A DNA stretch of 10,764 nt from Chthonomonadales bacterium (GTDB taxonomy: Bacteria; Armatimonadota; Chthonomonadetes; Chthonomonadales; Chthonomonadaceae). A program made the position numbers and the translations under genes. The notes under the pieces are model-generated. The model worked only from the letters and a program-made list of their open reading frames with translations. It was not told the origin of the DNA and searched no databases. The stretch covers positions 1 through 10,764 of the forward strand of contig JBBQPO010000215.1 in assembly GCA_038217285.1 (NCBI GenBank). Reading direction: 5' to 3'. Each line of letters begins with the position of its first letter. Position 1 is the stretch's first letter. Below, piece by piece: positions 6,159 to 10,764 of this stretch.

Positions 6159-7912
6159 GCAACGGCAACGACAAAACAAAATCGACGACACCGACGACAG
6201 GCAAGATCAAGCGGCGAGACGTACTGAAAGGGGCGCTGGGAGCGGGAATAGCGGCGATGGCCGGGGCGGCGGACGCGCAGACAACCCCACCTGCGGACGC
6301 GGTGACGACGGCGGATCTGACGGTGGCGGAGCGGCTGACCGGCCACCACTACACCGAACCCGACCGCGAACTGATGATCAAACGCTTCGTCGAGACGCGC
6401 ACGGCGCTGACAGGGCTGCGGGCGGCCGACCTCGGCACGACCGAGCCCGCCACGCAGTTCGAGCCGCGCCTGCCGGGCATGAAGCTGCCCCGCGAAAAGA
6501 CGGGATCGACCCCAAGTTCCGTGCGCCCACCGAAGTTCGACGGCGACGTGCAGCACCTGGCCTTCGCCACAACGATGGAACTGGCGCAACTGCTGCGAAC
6601 GCGCAAGGTCACCTCGGTCGCCCTGACACGGATGTATCTGGAGCGGCTGAAGACCTATGGGCCGCGCCTGCACTGCGTCGTGAACCTGACCGAAGAGCTC
6701 GCCATACAGCAGGCGGAACGCGCCGACCGGGAGATCGCCTCCGGACGCTATCGTGGCCCTCTCCACGGCATCCCCTGGGGCGGCAAAGATCTGCTGGCAA
6801 CCAGAGGCATTCCCACGACCTTTGGCGCGAAGCCCTACGAGCACCAGATCTTCGACTACGATGCGACCGTCGTGCAGCGACTGGAAGAGGCGGGCGCGGT
6901 GCTTGTCGCCAAACTCTCGATGGGCGAGCTGGCGATGGGCGACGTCTGGTTCGGCGGCCTGACGCGCAACCCCTGGAAGCCAGAGGAGGGCGCCAGCGGC
7001 TCTTCGGCAGGGCCGGGCAGCGCGACTGCCGCAGGACTCGTCGGGTTCGCTATCGGCACGGAGACGCTGGGCAGCATCGTCAGCCCCTCGGTGCGCAATG
7101 GCGTGACCGGCCTGCGCCCGACCTATGGGCGCGTCAGCCGCTACGGCGCGATGGCGCTCTGCTGGACCATGGACAAACTCGGGCCGATGTGCCGGGGTGT
7201 CGAGGACTGCGCGGTCGTCCTGAACGCCATCTACGGGCCGGACGGCAAAGACGGTACGACGGCGGACGTCCCGTTCGGCTGGCACCCTCGCTCCGACCTC
7301 AAGAAGCTGCGCGTCGGCATCGACCAGGCCGCGTTCGACGCGGTCAAGAAGAATGCCGCGCGCAATAAGGTCTACGCCGATGTGCTGGAGACTCTGACGC
7401 GCCTGGGCGTCACCCCGGTCCCCATCAGCCTGCCAAAAGAGACCGACGCCTACGGGGCGCTGGCGGAGGTGATCATCGGAGCGGAGTCGTCGTCGGCCTT
7501 TCAGAAGCTGACGGACAGCGGGCAGACGGCCCTGCTGGCGCAGCAGGAGGCCGGAAGCTGGCCCAACACCTTCCGCATCGGCTCCCTCATCCCGGCGGCC
7601 GACTATATCGCGGCCCTCCGTGCGCGGCGGCAGTTGCAGGTCGAGATGGCGACCGTCTTCCAGAATATCGACTGCTACGTCACGGTGCCCTTCGCCGGCC
7701 CGTCGCTGGTCTATACCAACCTGACCGGCCACCCGACGATCGTGACGCGGTGCGGAATGCTGAACGGCGTCCCGCAGTCCATCGAGTTCGTCGGCGGACT
7801 CTACCGTGAATCGGCGATCCTGCGGCTGGCATTCGCCTACGAACAGGCCACGACCTGGCATCAGCAGTGGCCGGACATGACGAAAGTTTCGACGACGCAG
7901 ACGAAAGGGTAA
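6155..7912 (+). CDS. Amidase-signature family enzyme with Tat signal peptide, 585 aa
   Basis: ATGA overlap with the upstream gene. Twin-arginine signal KRRDVLKGALGAGIAAMAGAADA. Motifs GPLHGIPWGGKDLL, SGSSAGPG and IGTETLGSIVSPS give the Lys/cisSer/Ser triad. Confidence 0.95.
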   Translation: MSNGNDKTKSTTPTTGKIKRRDVLKGALGAGIAAMAGAADAQTTPPADAVTTADLTVAERLTGHHYTEPDRELMIKRFVETRTALTGLRAADLGTTEPATQFEPRLPGMKLPREKTGSTPSSVRPPKFDGDVQHLAFATTMELAQLLRTRKVTSVALTRMYLERLKTYGPRLHCVVNLTEELAIQQAERADREIASGRYRGPLHGIPWGGKDLLATRGIPTTFGAKPYEHQIFDYDATVVQRLEEAGAVLVAKLSMGELAMGDVWFGGLTRNPWKPEEGASGSSAGPGSATAAGLVGFAIGTETLGSIVSPSVRNGVTGLRPTYGRVSRYGAMALCWTMDKLGPMCRGVEDCAVVLNAIYGPDGKDGTTADVPFGWHPRSDLKKLRVGIDQAAFDAVKKNAARNKVYADVLETLTRLGVTPVPISLPKETDAYGALAEVIIGAESSSAFQKLTDSGQTALLAQQEAGSWPNTFRIGSLIPAADYIAALRARRQLQVEMATVFQNIDCYVTVPFAGPSLVYTNLTGHPTIVTRCGMLNGVPQSIEFVGGLYRESAILRLAFAYEQATTWHQQWPDMTKVSTTQTKG

Positions 7913-7920
7913 AAAACGGC

Positions 7921-8721
7921 ATGACGGCATTGACCACGGAACAGGGCGAAACCTTCCGCAAAGAAGGCTATCTTATCTTCAAAAGTCTACTCAGCGCCGA
8001 AGAGTGCGAGGCGGTAAAGACGGATATCGATGCGCTGGAGATGGCGCGCCGCAGCGGCGGTCCCGTGCCGTGGACCGTGGAGTATCCGTCTCTGGGGCCG
8101 CTGGTGAGCGACCCGCGCGTGATGGAGATCGTCGAGTCGGTAATGGGGCCAGGGTTCGCCTTTCATCACTTCCACGCCGTGCGGCAGAACGCTGGCGCGC
8201 CGGGCGTCAGTTGGCACCAGGACTACGAGCAGACGCCGCAGAGCAATCGCTCTCATACGATGGTGCATCTGTTCTACTACTTCAACGGCCTGAACGGGGA
8301 GATCGGCGACCTGCTGGCGCTGCCGCGCACCCAGCGCACCATCGTGGACAACGGCGCCCTGTTTCACCTCGGGACGGCGGACCTACCGGGCACGGTCGTC
8401 GTCGATAATCTTCCGCCAGGCTCGGCCGTGCTGGTGCATTCCGCCCTCTGGCATGCCCGGCGCCCGAAGCCGGGCGGAGAGAGTAAGCCGCGCTATTTCG
8501 CCGACGTCTCCTACTGTCAGGCGGGGATCCGCTGGCCGGCCTACGGCAACAAGCGGTGGCGGGAGGTGCTGGAACGCGCGAAGGCCGCAGGCCTGGAGCG
8601 AGACGGAAGGTACGCGCATCTCTTCGACGAGGCGCACTTTTTCGACGACCTGAAAGCGCGCGAGATGCTGCAAGGTGTGCAGGGCAGCCTGATTCTGGAG
8701 ACACGAGAGTGGAAGGAGTAG
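7921..8721 (+). CDS. Phytanoyl-CoA dioxygenase (PhyH) family Fe(II)/2-oxoglutarate dioxygenase, 266 aa
   Basis: LTTEQGETFRKEGYLIFKSLLS start; WHQD and LWH facial triad; PGSAVLVH; distal Arg. ATG lies 8 nt after the amidase stop. Confidence 0.9.
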   Translation: MTALTTEQGETFRKEGYLIFKSLLSAEECEAVKTDIDALEMARRSGGPVPWTVEYPSLGPLVSDPRVMEIVESVMGPGFAFHHFHAVRQNAGAPGVSWHQDYEQTPQSNRSHTMVHLFYYFNGLNGEIGDLLALPRTQRTIVDNGALFHLGTADLPGTVVVDNLPPGSAVLVHSALWHARRPKPGGESKPRYFADVSYCQAGIRWPAYGNKRWREVLERAKAAGLERDGRYAHLFDEAHFFDDLKAREMLQGVQGSLILETREWKE

Positions 8722-8724
8722 AGA

Positions 8725-9714
8725 TTGGCAACGAAGCGTATTCTGGTGACGGGGGCCGCAGGCAAGGTCGGGCAGGCGTTTCTGCATCGGTTCCTGGGCT
8801 CGCCGGAGGCCGACGGTTTCCTCGTCCGAGCCCTGTGCCATAACCGGATGCTGCCGGAGCGGGCCGGCCTGGAGGTGGTTAAGGGCGATATGTCGCAGCG
8901 CGATGAGGTCGGCAAGGCGATGGAGGGCGTGACCCATGTGCTCCATCTCGCGACCTGTAAGGAGACGCCCGACGCCATCATGGACGTCGCGGTCAAAGGG
9001 CTGTTCTGGCTTCTGGAAGCCTGCCGTGAGAGCCCGACCTTCGCACAGTTCGTTCTGCTGGGCGGCGATGCGGGCATGGGCCATTTCTTCTACAAATTTC
9101 CCGCGCCCGTGACCGAAACCCAGAAGCACTCTGCCTATCCCGGTTGCTATGCCCTCTCGAAGGTGCTGGAAGAGGTGATGCTGGAGCAGTACTATATTCA
9201 GTATGGCCTGAACGGCTGCTGCCTGCGCGCCCCCTGGATCATGGAGAAGGACGACTTCAAATACACCCTCTCGTTCGGCGAAGATATCTTCGGCGGCCCC
9301 CGCTGGCGCGACTACGTCGGAGCCGAGAAGGCGAACGAATACGTCCGCACCCAGACGATTCCGGTGATGCTCGACCCGGAGGGCAAGCCGATTCAGCGCA
9401 ACTTCGTGCCTCTGACCGACCTGATCGAGGCCATCGTCTGCGCGGTCGGGCATCCGCAGGCGCGTCAGCAGACCTTCAACATCAGCATGGACGAGCCGGT
9501 CGACTATCGCAAAGTCGCCGACTATCTGGCCCAGACGCGCGGCCTGCCCTCCGTAGAGATCGTCACCGAATTTCAATCGACCTGGCTGGACAACTCGAAA
9601 GCGAAGTTCCTGCTCGGCTGGCGACCGAAAGTAGACCTCCCCAAACTGATCGACCAGTCCTGGGACTACGCCCGCCCCATCAACGATCCCCGCGTCATCT
9701 GGTATCCCGGCTAG
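8725..9714 (+). CDS. NAD-dependent epimerase/dehydratase (extended SDR), 329 aa
   Basis: TTG start with AAGGAG RBS; ILVTGAAGKVG Rossmann motif; VLHLA; catalytic YALSK; LDNSKAKFLLGWRPK. Confidence 0.93.
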   Translation: MATKRILVTGAAGKVGQAFLHRFLGSPEADGFLVRALCHNRMLPERAGLEVVKGDMSQRDEVGKAMEGVTHVLHLATCKETPDAIMDVAVKGLFWLLEACRESPTFAQFVLLGGDAGMGHFFYKFPAPVTETQKHSAYPGCYALSKVLEEVMLEQYYIQYGLNGCCLRAPWIMEKDDFKYTLSFGEDIFGGPRWRDYVGAEKANEYVRTQTIPVMLDPEGKPIQRNFVPLTDLIEAIVCAVGHPQARQQTFNISMDEPVDYRKVADYLAQTRGLPSVEIVTEFQSTWLDNSKAKFLLGWRPKVDLPKLIDQSWDYARPINDPRVIWYPG

Positions 9715-9773
9715 AACGGCCCCAAACCTGTCCTTCTTCGACACTTCGTTACACAAGGTCATGACAGGCAGAG

Positions 9774-9818
9774 TATAATATCCGCAAACGGAACTACGTT
9801 TGCGGATTTCACTTTTTG
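9774..9818 (+). terminator. Hairpin with T-rich tail (operon terminator and/or abrB operator) directly after a TATAAT
   Basis: ATCCGCAAACG-gaacta-CGTTTGCGGAT (9780-9807) followed by TTCACTTTTT; TATAAT at 9774-9779. Confidence 0.55.
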
Positions 9819-9831
9819 CAGGGAGGAAACG

Positions 9832-10089
9832 ATGGATGCAACGATAGAAGTGGCGCGGCGAGGTCAAATTACGATTCCCAAGCGTCTACGAGATGATCTC
9901 GGCATTGAAGAAGGTCAGAAATACGCGCTTCGCACCCTGGAAGGAGGCGTACTGGTGCTGACACCGCAAAACGGCAAAGCGACGGCGGCCCTGGTTAAAC
10001 TCCGTCAGGCTCTCGTCGCGAAAGGTGCCTCTCCGGACGAGTTGATGACCGAATTGCGGCGAAAGCGCGAAGGCGAGAAAATGCCATGA
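9832..10089 (+). CDS. AbrB/MazE/SpoVT-family DNA-binding protein (antitoxin-like), 85 aa
   Basis: GGGAGG RBS; signature VARRGQITIPKRLRDDLGIEEG...GGVLVLTP. Confidence 0.93.
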   Translation: MDATIEVARRGQITIPKRLRDDLGIEEGQKYALRTLEGGVLVLTPQNGKATAALVKLRQALVAKGASPDELMTELRRKREGEKMP

Positions 10090-10114
10090 GGTCGATCCCG
10101 GCATAGGAGACAAC

Positions 10115-10524
10115 ATGTGCAAACGTCTGACAGAATTTCCTGATCGCCGTGAATGGAACCTACAGGGGTTTACAGTAAATCAGATTTGCTTTGACTTCCG
10201 AATGAGCCGCGTTTTCGCCCAACCAGCAGGTTCGGTCACGATTGTTATCGGAGAACCCTTTAAGTTGCGTGACGGCTTACAGATGGAAGTGATTGATCCT
10301 TCAGACGCCCTGTCGGGGTGTCCCTGTTGCCTTTGCTGCATGAGTCTGTCGCGTATTTGATAGCCTTTCGCAGCGGTCGGTTGTTCCTTCAATTTCAGAA
10401 GGGTGCTGAAATCGACGTTCCGATAGACGAGTGCCACGAAGCATGGGAGACGTTCGGCGACGGAGAAACTGCCAACATAGGGATGCTATGCAGTCCAGGC
10501 GGAGGGGTTCCGTGGGGTAGTTAG
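10115..10524 (+). pseudogene. DUF6188-like protein split by a 1-nt frameshift near 10315-10324
   Basis: AGGAG RBS. Track ORFs 10115..10360 and 10318..10524 join to give ...VTIVIGEPF...IDP...LLPLLHESV...GRLFLQFQKGAEIDVP.DECHEAWE...CSPGGG..W, a pattern I recognise as DUF6188. Confidence 0.65.
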
Positions 10525-10691
10525 GATGGTCAGGCAAGTCATCATAGTAAATCCAAAAACTGCGTTCAGACAATGCGTGAAACGCTTTCAATAACACCTG
10601 AGTAGTAGACTGTAGACGCATTCGGAAAAGGGCCGCGCGGGCCGGAAAAGGGCAGTGCGGCCCTCATTTTGGTTCAGGAGGGTTAGGCAAG

Positions 10692-10764
10692 ATGACGCAG
10701 GCACAGGTACAGGCGGCGGTGTCCGTCGTGGTGGTTCTGATCGCGACATGGGCGGGAATGATGA
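10692..10764 (+). CDS. Start of a hypothetical membrane/secreted protein, runs off the right edge
   Basis: AGGAGG (10676-10681) precedes ATG 10692; MTQAQVQAAVSVVVVLIATWAGMM is hydrophobic. Confidence 0.55.
   Translation, partial: MTQAQVQAAVSVVVVLIATWAGMM

Noticed and set aside
6155-7912. Calling the amidase gatA
   Set aside because: It has a Tat signal, no gatB/gatC neighbours, and GTETLGSIVSP rather than the GatA-type GSDTGGSIRQP.
5942-9867. Long antisense ORFs (662 aa, 494 aa) and other overlapping ORFs such as 43..633
   Set aside because: These are shadow frames of GC-rich genes with no recognisable motifs.

Overview
GC-rich bacterial window. Protein style suggests Armatimonadota/Chloroflexota, but that is inference only. 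From left to right it contains: (1) the left end of a probable IS1-like element, with its transposase running off the window; (2) a LacI-family repressor with a consensus sigma70 promoter and a 28-bp perfect palindromic operator; (3) a decayed RHH-DUF433 / DUF5615-PIN toxin-antitoxin pair, with a nonsense codon in the antitoxin and a truncated toxin; (4) a HEAT-repeat protein; (5) an AT-richer segment holding a DUF3883 PD-(D/E)XK nuclease-like gene, a ~290-nt densely base-paired non-coding region (candidate novel ncRNA, the most interesting signal here) and a small ORF interrupted by an in-frame TGA; (6) a four-gene operon encoding a CBM9-like protein, a Tat-exported amidase, a PhyH dioxygenase and an NAD-dependent epimerase; (7) an orphan AbrB/MazE gene, a frameshifted DUF6188-like gene and the start of a membrane/secreted protein. 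Family calls come from motif recognition by eye; no database search was run.
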